A program made the position numbers and the translations under genes. A stretch of DNA of 60,000 nt from Vicugna vicugna (taxonomy: Eukaryota), in assembly GCA_013265495.1 (NCBI GenBank), contig MU057809.1:1293062-1353061 (forward strand). Direction: 5' to 3'. Under the pieces are notes generated by a model. That model was not told where the DNA came from, made no database searches, and saw only the letters and a program-made list of their open reading frames with translations. Position 1 is the stretch's first letter; every line of letters starts with the position of its first letter. Positions 34,431 to 45,627 of the stretch are shown one piece after another.

Positions 34431-36032
34431 CTGGAAGGAGACAGAGGGGCAGGCGGTCAGTGGGGCGCTGGGCATGGCTGGACATGGGCCTCGGGGGGTG
34501 AGCCAGGAGCACCCCTGGGGCGGGATAGGTACAGCTGACAGACCCTGGGAGGAGGGGCTCTGGGAAGCGCTGGCTGGTCCAGGGCCTGGACTCCTGAGCC
34601 CTGCCTCAGTGACAGCCCAAGGGAGCAGAGGTCTGGCCCCTACTTCCGAGGCTCAGGATGGGGACACTGGGGACCAACCTCCTCTCCCAGGAAGATAAAC
34701 ACATCAGCCCCCAATCTCCTGTCTCAGGCCAGGCAGAGCTCTGCTCCCTGCAAGACCTGGGGCCTGGAGGCCCCCCACCTGCACCCCTCACACCCAGGAC
34801 CTGAAAGCCATGCTCAGCCTCTCTCTGTGGGGCCCTGGCTGGGCACCCAGGAGAACAGTGTCAGGCAAAGGTGGGGCCAGGCTGTATCTGAGAAAGGGTC
34901 AGACCAGAGCCGTGGGCCACAGGAGTGAGGAGGCTCCGGGGCCACTCTGCCCCATCACCTCGGGGAAAGGGGGCCCCAAAGCCACCCAGCACCAGGCTGG
35001 GGTGCTGCTGCCACCCACTGGGTGGGAACCACACTGTGGGCTCCTTACGGGTCACAGGTGCAGGAACGGGCAGCTGGGGAGGGCCACGCTCACCCCACCT
35101 GAAGCACAGAGGCCCTGCGGTGTGCCCGTGTGCTCATGTAACACCCGTGGAGACATGTGTTAAGGCCGGGCAGTGTGAAGTGGGCCATACACCCATCTAG
35201 GGGATGAAAGCCAAGGCATGTGCCAAGGGTTGCCAGTGGGAAGGAGCCTGGCAGGCTGACTCCACAGCCACACGCCCCTACCAATCCCTGGGGGCTCCAG
35301 CAACCAAGTCCCCACACCACAGTGCCCAGGCCAGGAGGGGCAATCTCCCAGTCCTTGAGAGCTCTCCCAGAACTCCTGGTGGGGGAGAAGTTTGCAAGCA
35401 CCCATCAGAGGCCACAAAGGCAAGCTGGAGGGGGTAACAGCGGGCACTGGGAGCCGTGTCATTCCAGGGACATGCGGTGGAGGGGGGCGGTGGGCAGCAG
35501 CCCAGACCCCTGAAGGAGCCCAAGCAGGTGCACAGCGCTGTGTGGGGGCAGCTGCAGCAGCTTGCACGTCCATCTGCACACACCTGTGTGCACTTTCAGA
35601 CACACGGGGCGGCACCTCGAGGGCCTGGCCTGCTGGCCGCAGCCCAGCGCCTTCGCTCACCCGCGCTCTGCCTCCCTGAGCTCAGGCGCCGGTGCAGGTG
35701 TGCCAGCGCACAGGGGTCTGGGTGGGCGGTCTCCTTGCTGGGAGGTGACATGAGGGGCAGGGGCCACCTGCAGCTGGCCCTGGGGTGAGGAGGGGGCTCT
35801 GTGGAGGGGCTCGTGGCCTCTGACATGAGGATGATGGGCCCAGGGCCAGGGTCTCCGTGTCTGGGCTGGGGGCCACAAAGTCCCTGCGCCTGCACCGGCT
35901 GCAGGCTGGCCCCACGGGCGCCGAGCTGAGGCAGCCCCAGGACCTGGCAGATGGGCCCAAAGGGGTAGCAGTGAGCGAAGGAGAGGCGGGCGGGCAGGCG
36001 GTGCAGGGCAAGGGACCCAGGCGGGTCAGTAC

Positions 36033-36133
36033 CTGTCACTCTGAGGACACGGCCACCACAACGTTCAGGCACTGTCCATGGGCTTAAACTGCCAGCCCGT
36101 GTGGCTGCCAGAGTCCAGGGCAGCCAGATAGCG
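36033..36133 (-). CDS. TTYH3: Candidate alternative TTYH3 cassette exon 13a (RYLAALDSGSHTGWQFKPMDSA*; stop at 36067-36065)
   Basis: CTGAC branch-like motif, long (CT)n pyrimidine tract, cctcctag| acceptor and GACAG|gtactg donor. It is in frame with phase-0 exon 13. No transcript evidence is available here. Confidence 0.6.
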
Positions 36134-36806
36134 CTAGGAGGGCCCAGGGTGGGAGGAGTGCAGGGAGAGAGAGAGAGAGAGGGCGGCCTCAACGCCAGGG
36201 TCAGACCAAGGCTGACAGGTAGGAGGGCAGCCTGAGGCCTGGGGCCCACATGGCCTGGGGGCACACACCCAGGCCAGCTCTGTGCCACAGGGCACGACGG
36301 GACCACTGCACACGCGGGCCGTTATTTCTGAAGCAAGGTGGCCTTCGGCCTCTCTAGCCGTGCTCTTTGAGGCCCACCGCCTCTAGGAAGCCCGCCAGGG
36401 CCCCTGGCCTCTCTACGAGCTCCTTTATTTGGTACTAAATCACCCTGTCCCCTCTTCCATGTCTCACTCCAAAGACAAGAGGGGACACTAGGTCCTGCCG
36501 GAGGAGCCAGGAGCCAAGACCAGGGCTGAGTTCAGAAAGTGGAGTAGGGAGAAGAGGAAGCAGGGCTAGGGTGGGAAGAGATGCCGGGGCCCTCGAGGAG
36601 CATGAGAGCTCACCCAGCCCAGTCTCAACAGGCCGGATACCTGCCTGGGAGCCCCCCCAGGGAGCCCCAGCTGGCCCTGGCGCTGAAGGCTCAGGGCAGC
36701 CCCCATGGCTGCACTGTCAACGAGGGCCACATCAGACCATGAGGGAACAGGTGCCCCCCCATCCCAGGCCTCGGGTCCCCCACCCACCTCCTGCCCTGAG
36801 ACTTAC

Positions 36807-36882
36807 CGAAGGCGGCGGGGACTCACGCCCGATGAGGGGGGTGTTCTCACAGCGGGGGTTCTGGAAATTGGCATTCTGGCTC
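36807..36882 (-). CDS. TTYH3: TTYH3 exon 13 (SQNANFQNPRCENTPLIGRESPPPS)
   Basis: tctcag|GAGC...TCG|gtaagt, 76 nt. Confidence 0.95.
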
Positions 36883-37281
36883 CTGAGACGTGAGGAGAGA
36901 GGGGCTGTGAGTGACCAGTGGCCACGGCAGTCCCAGCCCTGGGCCAGGGGCCGATCTGGAGCCAGGCAGACCCACGTGTTCTCTCCACCACCCTGCATAC
37001 CGGCCGCTAGCAAGGGCCTGGGGGTCCCAGGAACCTGGCACGGCCATAAAGGGCTCAGAGCTAGCCCACAGCCGCCACCTGCCCGCCTCAGCCCTGCCAG
37101 GGCCTCGGCTCCATGACGTGGTCGGTCCAGCCCTCGGCGACCCCAGACATATACCCTCCGTCTGACGCAGGGGTCTCCTTGGCGTGTAGGGGCAGCAGGC
37201 ATTCAAGGCCAGCCCAGCACCCCCGCAGCTGGGGCAGCCCCCCCCAAGGGAGGCCCGCGCCCCGCCAGGCTCGGGGCTCAC

Positions 37282-37455
37282 ATGTACTCGGTGACCGGTG
37301 CGTTGCTGACAGTGTGCGCGGCAGCCGGGATGCTGGCCTCGCTGCCGTAGCTGCTCCCGCAGCTGTACAGGCTGGGCATGTGCACGCGGTAGAGGCTGTC
37401 GTGCGCCTGCCGTGGCCCTGGGCCGGCCTCCTCCTCCCCATCCTCGTCCGGGCCT
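37282..37455 (-). CDS. TTYH3: TTYH3 exon 12 (GPDEDGEEE...HDSLYRVHMPSLYSCGSSYGSE...PVTEY)
   Basis: ctgcag|AGGC...TACAT|gtgagc, 174 nt. Confidence 0.95.
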
Positions 37456-38029
37456 CTGCAGGGAGGGAACAGCCAGAGGTTCCGGCCCTGACGTGAGGCA
37501 GCCAGCCACAAGGCCTGCAGAGGGTCAGCCCTGGGGCAGACACACCTGGTCCCAAACCTTCTCGCTGTGGGATGGCGGGCGAGTCACCCGGGGAGGGCAA
37601 GAAACATGTACCTCAGTCTACACACAGGCACGCTGCCTGCCTATTAAGAGGAGGGGTCAGGGCCCCTCCTGGGGAAGCCAGGTGCCGGAAGCAGGAGGCC
37701 CTCTTTTGGCTCAGCAGTCTGACCTGCCCCTGAGAGCCTGAGCCCAGCCCTCCCCACTGCTTGCCTCTGGCCCTCTGCCCTCCACTCAGCCCAGGCTGCT
37801 GCAGCACGAGGCCAGGGAGCCAGGGGCCAGGCCTCTGGGGCTCGTCACACTCTGCCTGGGCTGCCTGGTGGTGGGGGCACAGGCCTGGGCTCACATCCCA
37901 CCTCCCCCCACCAGCTGGGTCCCGTAGTGAGAAAAGGGGGGCAGAAGCAGCCAGTACCAGCCACGCCCAGGACTGAGCCGCTGCATGCCGTGGTTACCCT
38001 AGCGTTCACGGGGTCCTAGGAGGACGTGC

Positions 38030-38170
38030 TCTCTCAATCCCCATCCTACAAGCAGGAAAAAACTGAGGCCCAGAGTGGTTAAGTCACTTGCCCAAGGTCA
38101 CCCAATGAGCAAAGGCAGAGGTGGAATCAGAATCCAGGCCACGTGGTTGCAGGGCTTGCTCTTAGCCACT
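38030..38170 (-). mobile_element. MIR SINE
   Basis: gaaaaaactgaggcccagagtggttaagtcacttgcccaaggtcac...ggcagaggtggaatcagaatccagg. Confidence 0.7.
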
Positions 38171-38189
38171 CCCCTTATAGATACCATCT

Positions 38190-38630
38190 TCATTACTACC
38201 ACCACCACCACCATCACCATCGTGACCACCACCACCATCGTGACCACCACCACCACCATGACCACCACCACCACGACCACCACCACCATTGTCACCACCA
38301 TCACCACTGTGACCACCACCATCGTGACCACCACCACCATTGTGACCACCACCGTAATCATCACCACCATCGTGACCACCACCACCACCATCACCATCAT
38401 CATGACCATCCACCATTATGATCACCATCACCACCACCATGACCACCATCACCATCATGACCATCACCATCATGACCACCACCACCATCGTGACCACCAC
38501 CACCACCACCGTGACCACCACCACCATTGTGACCACCACCACCATCATGACTACCACCACCATCATGACCATCATGACCACAATCACCACCATCATCATG
38601 ACCATCCACCATTATCATCACCACCATCAC
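38190..38630. repeat. Degenerate (CAC/CAT/GAC)n trinucleotide-based tandem repeat in TTYH3 intron 11
   Basis: About 440 bp of ACCACCACCATC/GTGACC units; the source of the poly-Thr/His/Val ORFs. Confidence 0.95.
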
Positions 38631-39322
38631 CAGAGAAAATAACAGCAGAAATCCAGACAAAGAGAAGAGATCTGAGCTGGGCTACTTGTCATCCAAGCTG
38701 GGCCACCAAGAAGCAGCCACAGCCCAAATGGGAGGGATGGTGGTGGGTCTGGGGACTGCCCCATGTGGCCCAAGCATGGCGGGCCTGGTATCCCCATACA
38801 TCACTCAATCCAGTACTGACTGCGAGACTGAGGCAGGGCTCACCAGCACCCCTACTTCAAAGATAAAGACACTGTGGCCCGTGGGAGGCAGCTGCCGTCC
38901 CGGTCACCCAGCTGAGTAAACCTTGGAGGCCAGGGCCATGTGGGGCGCTCCTGCCGAAGCTCAGAGCCCCCCGGTCGGCTGGTCTTTCTCCCAGCATCCC
39001 TGCACACTGCACGAGGGGTAGGGGCTCAGAAAAGACACTCTGAGCTCAGCCAGGCAGAAGCGTGGAAGGGTGTGGGGCACAAAGTCAGTACCCAGAGGCA
39101 GTCCGCCTGTGCTGGGAGCTCCTCCTCTAGGCTGCTTTCCCGGGGCATGCCAGGAACGGCTGCTCGTCTGGGGCACACCACCCTCAGAGATGCCGCGGAG
39201 ACTATGGATGTCAGGAGGTGAGGAAGCCTCTGTCCCTGTCCCTGGACTAGGACATGAGGTGTCCAGAAGGCACAGCCCCATGTGACTTGGGGCAGGTCCC
39301 AGGACCTGCCAGAGCCCCTCAC

Positions 39323-39459
39323 CTCTTCTGCTGCCAGGTGTGCGGGACGCTGCAGACGATGGAGCTGAACATGAGGGCTGTGACGAAGGAAAAGAGGGCC
39401 AGGTAGATGAGGCCCTCGACACCGTCATAGCAGAAGCCTGTGAGGGCCTGCACGTAGTC
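39323..39459 (-). CDS. TTYH3: TTYH3 exon 11 (DYVQALTGFCYDGVEGLIYLALFSFVTALMFSSIVCSVPHTWQQK)
   Basis: ctctag|GAC...AAGAG|gtgagg, 137 nt. Confidence 0.96.
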
Positions 39460-39583
39460 CTAGAGCCGGAGAGACGGCAGGAGAGAGGGGAAGCGCAGGG
39501 CAAGATGCAGCAGGTGCCCACGGCAGCCTGGAGCACCCCGCCCCGCCCCTCACTGCACAGCCCGCCCCACGGCCCGGTCTCAC

Positions 39584-39676
39584 CAGGTGCAGGCTCCGGC
39601 AGTCCACCAGGGCAGTGAGGTGCTGCAGGTTCACCTCCGTGCCATTCAGCACCTCCTGGACACGGAGCAGGGGGTC
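39584..39676 (-). CDS. TTYH3: TTYH3 exon 10 (DPLLRVQEVLNGTEVNLQHLTALVDCRSLHL)
   Basis: ccccag|GAC...CTG|gtgaga, 93 nt. Confidence 0.95.
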
Positions 39677-40267
39677 CTGGGGGCATGCACCACACTCGGG
39701 AGGGGGCCCCAGCCAGCCACAGGCCTCCTCTGCCCCACTCCCTGCCATCGAGACCCCTTCGACCCCCAGTGGTCTCGGCACAGAGCCAGAGGACCCTGGG
39801 CTTTGAGGAAGGACGGGCCCTGAGTCTGTGGCCTGGTCTCAGGAGGCTGCCAGGATGTGAGGACAGCAAGGAGGGCGGGCCCATAGCGCCCAAGCGATGC
39901 AGCCAACATAAGGGTCCTTTGTTACGACGGGAAAACCACCAACACCCCTGTCTCCCCCCGACATGGACCTGCTTCTTTTAAATACCACGTTTTAAGGAGC
40001 AATTTAAGACAAAGGAGATTTTCATGCTATTTTAAATGACAAAACATCATGCAAAATACTCTGTGTGGAGTGAACCTGGTCCTGGAATGTGTGTGTGTGT
40101 GTGCATGTGGCGTAAAACCCACCCCAAATCCTTGGGACATGACGGGAAGGAGGGAGGGATGAAAAGGGCCAGACCCCCAGCAGGGCTCCCCAGGAGCAGC
40201 GTCTGCACCACGCCTCCCTTTCACGATGAGCAAAGGGGGCCCCACCGCCGCCCCCTCAGCCCCTCAC

Positions 40268-40360
40268 CTTGGTGGCCGGGAGCTCCCGCGGGATGGTCTT
40301 CAGGAGCTCGGCCACAACGTCCTGCATCTCCACCAGTGCCTTGTGGCTGCCTGACAGCTT
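40268..40360 (-). CDS. TTYH3: TTYH3 exon 9 (KLSGSHKALVEMQDVVAELLKTIPRELPATK)
   Basis: gagcag|AAG...AAG|gtgagg, 93 nt. Confidence 0.94.
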
Positions 40361-40985
40361 CTGCTCCACAGAGAGGCCAGCTGATGCCAGCAGGGGCTGG
40401 GGCAGCCTCTCCCCCGCTCCCTGAGGCCTCCACCCACACACAAGGCAGGCGAGTCCCGGTGCCCCAGGCTCCTGCCAGCCCCAGAGGTGGGGCCTGGCAC
40501 TCTGTTCTGCAGGCCTGTGGGACACCCCTCCCCGGCCCACCGCCCCCGGCTGCCCATGCACCCCAGAGACAACACAGATCACCGGAAGTACAGCATCTCT
40601 AAAGCAGATAAACAGTCCTCAGGACCCCAGAGGGCGACAGTCACGTGGAGTGACAGGTTTCCCTTCAAATTCCACCTGACAACACCCGTCCAATCATTCC
40701 ACACAGCAGGCACAGGACGCCCCCACTGTGGGGCATCCCTGGGCTCCTCCCACGCCCACCAGACAGCTGACTTGGCCCTGCAGGCATGGCCAAGGACAGC
40801 TCAAGAAAGAAGTCCCAGGGACGTGGGGCCATTAAGCATCCACCCAGAACGCTTCTGTTGAGGGTATCAGGACGGGAGCCCCAGGGGTATGACAAGGTGT
40901 GAGGAGGGGCCTGGCAGCCTGCAGGTGTCGGTGGGGGGCAGCCAGGGACCAGAGGCTCTGCAGAGCCAGCAGCAGTCGCGCTCAC

Positions 40986-41041
40986 CTGCTGGAAGGGGTT
41001 GGCGGCACGCGGCGAGCAGGCCAGGTAGTACTGCAGGACTT
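40986..41041 (-). CDS. TTYH3: TTYH3 exon 8 (EVLQYYLACSPRAANPFQQ)
   Basis: ctgcag|AAGTC...CAG|gtgagc, 56 nt. Confidence 0.95.
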
Positions 41042-42479
41042 CTGCAGAGAGAAGGCAGGGCGGCTGAGCAACACATGCTGGTCGTGTGTGCTGTGTGCAC
41101 CCACACGTCTGTGTCCATGTGTCCCCATCACGTATGTCGCATGTACGCCTGCTGGCTTGTATATGCGTTTCACGTGTGCACGTGTGTGTGCGCACATATG
41201 TGTCTGCACACAGTGGCGTGTGCGTGTGCACCTGTGAGGGGGCGTGGCCTCCAGGGAGCCCAGGGCCCAGACCCTTTGCTCTGAGTCTTTTGCTCTGTGC
41301 CTTAAACGGGCACAGCTCTCTCCTGGGGGCAGCCTCCCACCTCCTTCCCCTCTGGAGCAGCAGACAGCACTGAGAGCGGGAAAGGGGTCCGACATCGGCC
41401 GGGCAGGCGTCCCCTCATGGGCCAGCTGGGCAAAAGAGTTCTTTGACCAGAGCGTCACCCCAAAGAGGGGGGTGGGGCTCAGAGGGAGCAGGTGGCCTGC
41501 TCCCCCCTAAAAAGCAGGTGTTGATTCTGTGTCTAATGCTCAAAGGTGGGGGGACTCACACACAATTCTGACTTTGAAAACCCAGGAGACCCAAGCCCAG
41601 CCAGGGTTGAGGAACAAGCCTTGGACCCTGACAACCCCTACCGCCGCCCACCCTGTGCCCTCTGGTCCCTTCGGCACCCAGACTCAGCCCTGAGGCTCAG
41701 CTCCTGAGGCCTGGGCTCCCACCAGGCTTAAGTCGGAAAACGTGAGAAAGCACGGCATTTGACTTCAGCCACCTGTAAGTGGAGCCAGCACGCTGCCTGA
41801 CCCAGATGGCCGTGGCCTACAGGCAGCAGCAAGCACTCTCGTATGGCTGGAACTGCTCATGCTTGCTGAGGCCCCAAGCAATAGGACCTACAGAGGCCCG
41901 GCTGCTGGCACCAGGGCCAAGGACAGTGGTGGGGACAGGTGTCACTAGCCCTGCCAGCCCCAGCCGAATAGGCCCACCGTCCCCCCACAGCAGGCAGACA
42001 GCCCTCCCTCCTGCAGGCTCCTCGGGCTTATGCGCCAATGGTTCCTTCAACAAAATGAACTAAAACCAGCCCACACGCCACTTGTGTGGCTTTCTTGGGC
42101 AAGGAGAGGAGCACAGTCCCATAAGGGCCAGCATTTCAAGGCCACTCCGCACGCCCACCCCTCAGGGAGCGCACCCCTGCTTTCCACCTGGGGAGCACGC
42201 AGCCCGAGCCCCAGAGTCCCCTCCTCGTGTGCCTGCCTCCCGGGTGTCTCACACCTGGTCCCCAGCCCCAGCCCTGCTCGGCCACCAGCTCAGTCCAGGG
42301 CCCCTGTGATGGCAGCTGCTCCGACCCGAGGCCGGAGCCCTCAACTCGTCCCTCCTCCACGGCCACCTTCCTAGGAAGTTCCATCAGCTCTGCCCTCACA
42401 GCACATCCTGGTATCCTCACCCAGCTGTCTCCTGCCTGCAAGAATGCAACAGCCTCCCTGCCTCCCTCCCTCACCCCAC

Positions 42480-42790
42480 TGCTGCTCCAGCGCCCGAGGC
42501 TTTGGAAAGGAAGTTTAACCATGGATCACATCTACCTCCTGTTTTCCACCCTCCAACAGCCCCCCTAGAATAAAGCCCAAATTCTTGACTGCCACCTGGC
42601 CCTGCGGGCCTCCCCACTGTCTCCCCTCCCAACTGGTCTATTTTCTGCCTCACGAGCACATCAAGTTTGTCTCTGTCTCAGGACCTTTGCACAGCCTTCC
42701 CTGGCTCAATTTTCATGCCACTTCTTGGGCAGGCCACCCTGACCACTAGTTCTGAAGCAGCCCTTGTCACCTGCTACCCACCCCCACTGC
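42480..42790 (+). mobile_element. Decayed L2 fragment
   Basis: ctccagcgcccgagg...ggatcacatc..ctcctgttt..accctcc...tctcaggacctttgcacagc. Confidence 0.5.
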
Positions 42791-43000
42791 TGGTCCCTCT
42801 TCCCTGCCCCCACCCTCACCCCCATGAGCCTCACCTCCTGTCCTCCTCCTCCCCAGAGTCTCACAGGTGCTCCTGCCTCCTCACCAGCTTCCTGGTCTGC
42901 TCCTGCCTCCCCCAAGGAGGACTCACGGGGGCAGGCTCGCTCACTGAGGTCTCCCAAGTCCAGCCCCAGGGCACCCACGGGTACCCAACCGCAGACTCAC

Positions 43001-43076
43001 CCCCGCTCAGCACCGAGTGCTCCTCCACCATCCTGGTCACATAGGTGTCGGGGTCCACACAGAAGTCACTGGAGCC
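43001..43076 (-). CDS. TTYH3: TTYH3 exon 7 (GSSDFCVDPDTYVTRMVEEHSVLSG)
   Basis: ccccag|GGC...GGGG|gtgagt, 76 nt. Confidence 0.95.
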
Positions 43077-43355
43077 CTGGGGGGTGTGGGCAAGGCGGAT
43101 GAGATGACCATGCTGGGCCCCCTGCCGACCCCTCAGCTCTCAGGGCTAGAGCCTGGGCCCTCATGGCCTGCTTTTGTCTCAGGAAAATGGAGTGTGAACC
43201 TGTGGGGGCATTATTGCTGTGTCCCCAGAACAGGTCCCCAGCTCTCTCGGTGTCATCATGGGAGTGGAGATGAGTGTGGTGCCTCCTCACCCCCGTTCCC
43301 CATGCCTTGGCCTAGCAGATGGGGACCACTCCCCCCAGTCCTCGCCAGCACTTAC

Positions 43356-43428
43356 CACAGACACAGCCAGCTCCAAGCCCAGTGTGCCCCAGCTGATGAC
43401 CAGGGCCAGGACACCCAGCAGGCAGACC
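43356..43428 (-). CDS. TTYH3: TTYH3 exon 6 (VCLLGVLALVISWGTLGLELAVSV)
   Basis: ctttgccccaag|GGTC...GTG|gtaagt, 73 nt. Confidence 0.94.
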
Positions 43429-44738
43429 CTTGGGGCAAAGAGAGCCAATCAGCACTCTTCTGGTGGGGGTGAGGGCTGTGCCCCCTGCCAGGCTGCACGC
43501 CAGAGGCCCAGGTCCCAGGGCACATCTAGGGGTCCGCCACACAGGGGCTGTGGCTCCCGCCATGGCCCGGCCTTCACTAGAGCTGCCTGAAGGCCGGGCA
43601 CATATGGATTCCCTCTGAACTGGAGCGGCTAGAGTGGGGCTGAGAGAAGTCCGAGTGGGGACAGGAGAGGCAGGGCTTGGCTCGGCTGGAAGGCCAGGGG
43701 ACTTCTGAGCCCCACTCCCGTACCCCCAGGCCGCTCTCCTCAGCAGACTGGGGTCCCAGCTCTCACCCTGGCCCAAGGCCTGCAGCCCACAGCGTGGCCC
43801 GTGGGGCCCGTCAGCCTGGCGCGGACCAAGCCTTCCTGTGCTCACACCCCACCCGGCACCGCCTCAGACCTCCAGGCAGAGTTCTCCCCTGTGGCACTGG
43901 CCCCCTCCTCCCCTGAGGCCTCAGCTTGCCTGTCCCCCACCCACTCCAGCCACTCAGGCCCCTCTGCTGCTCCTTGCACACCCACCACAGGCCCGTGCAC
44001 TGGCGGTCAGCTGCCCTCTCCCAGGTGTTCAGGGGTCCCTGGCTCCCGTGGGTGTCGGCTCCAGCAGCCCCTCCTGGCCAGGTCTCTCCGAGTGTGCGCG
44101 CTGCCAACCCCCTGCCCACCTGTACACCCTGCCCTCCACCTGCTGCACTTTCCTCCCTGGGGCCATCACCTCCAACAGCGGCATGCACACTCTGTGGGAG
44201 CCCTTGAGTGTGGGCCTGGCCCAGGGAGGAGCCAGGACGTGGCTGCTGGCTTGTTCAGCAACGAGTGGTGATGTCCCCTCAGAACTGTCCTACAGATGAG
44301 CTGTCGTTCTCTTTCTCGCAGACAAGAAGTCAGAGACTCAGTGCCAACAACCACCTGTCCACGGCAGGCAGCTCAGGGAGCCACAGAACTGGGGTTCAAG
44401 CTCATACTACCTCTAGCCAAAGAGACGGGGTGGAGAAAGGAGGCCCCCAGCCTGACCTCCCGGAGGCCCCATGCACTCTGGGACCTGGGCAGGTCTTCAG
44501 GAGCCTCTGTGGGGGAGGGGCACGGCAGGAACCAGGAACTGCTGGGGCAGGCGTGCCCAGACGCTGGCCACAGGGCAGGGGAGGAGTGTCGGAGCAGGGC
44601 CGCACCGTGGGGAGCCCCACCGTCAGGCAGACCCTGTGGCTGGCCGTGAGGATGCGGAGGGTGGGACAGGACTGACTCAGGGGACATGTGCTGCAGGTGA
44701 CTCACCCCTCCCACTGCCCCAGGGGCCCACAGACTCAC

Positions 44739-44834
44739 CCCACCAGGATGCCCTTGGAGCTGCGGATGAGGCCAACGAGCACCAGAAGGCAGATGGCAAC
44801 GTCGAGCAGCAGGAAGCCCAGGTAGCCCAGCCAC
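44739..44834 (-). CDS. TTYH3: TTYH3 exon 5 (WLGYLGFLLLDVAICLLVLVGLIRSSKGILV)
   Basis: ctgcag|GTGG...GTGGG|gtgagt, 96 nt. Confidence 0.95.
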
Positions 44835-45162
44835 CTGCAGGCGCACCGCACAGATGGGCCGGGCCCGCGGCCCCGGGGGCCGGCAGCAAGGGCGGGCTGG
44901 GGCAGGGCAGGCACCTGGGCCCAGGGGGGGCAGGGCCAGGCAGACAGCCCAGGACGCAGCGGGCCAAGCACAGGCAGTTCTGGGATGTGGAGACTAGCTT
45001 CAGTTCTTACAAAAGATGTCCCCACGGGAACTCCTTCCACAGTGGCCACCAGTGGCCCCGACCCTTCCCATCCATAAGACCTCAGGCCCGGGGAGCTGGG
45101 AGTCAACCGGCCCACAGACAGCAGTGACCAGGTGGGGAGGGCAGGAGAGGGGTGGGCCGCAC

Positions 45163-45383
45163 CTGTACCAGTCGTAGAGGTCCACCCACTCGGCCAGCGC
45201 CTCCAGCGACACAGCCGGGTTCCTCCAAAACGGGAGGGCAGCTGTGTGGCCGAGCAGTGTCTCCAGCAGGCCCTGCAGCCGCTGGACCGCCCGCAGGGGC
45301 TCTGGCCGGGAGGCCAGCTGCCGCTCCAGGCTCTGCAGGCTGGGCTCCGCCGTGCGGTTCAGGGCGGCTGCAGTGTCCCACAC
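45163..45383 (-). CDS. TTYH3: TTYH3 exon 4 (VWDTAAALNRT...WVDLYDWY)
   Basis: gcacag|GTG...TACAG|gtgcgg, 221 nt. Confidence 0.95.
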
Positions 45384-45515
45384 CTGTGCCAGGTTGGGGG
45401 CAGCGTCACCCGGGAGGGCACGGCGCCGTTCTCGCACGCGCCCGCACGCTGGGGCACACACGCACACACGCGGCTTAGAAGCAGGAAGAGGACCCCCTCC
45501 CATACGGCCACTCAC

Positions 45516-45627
45516 GCGGTCCTGGACCCCTGCCACCGTGCGGTTGGCGTGGCGGAGCGAGTAGGTGGCCCGGTGGATGCCGTCGCTGGTCTCCCCGTTG
45601 CCGTAGAACCCCACGGCGATGCCGGCG
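45516..45627 (-). CDS. TTYH3: TTYH3 exon 3 (AGIAVGFYGNGETSDGIHRATYSLRHANRTVAGVQDR)
   Basis: tcccag|CGCC...CGC|gtgagt, 112 nt. Confidence 0.96.

Noticed and set aside
38075..38866. 263-aa ORF with poly-Thr and poly-His/Asp tracts (and antisense poly-Val/Gly ORFs)
   Set aside because: It is a translation of a MIR plus a trinucleotide repeat inside TTYH3 intron 11, with no promoter or splice support.
40361..40366. GAGCAG tandem (NAGNAG) acceptor at TTYH3 exon 9
   Set aside because: GAG acceptors are rarely used, and there is no evidence for alternative use.
44401..44415. let-7-like word (minus strand GAGGTAGTA)
   Set aside because: It is only a 9-nt match with no evident pre-miRNA hairpin, so likely chance.
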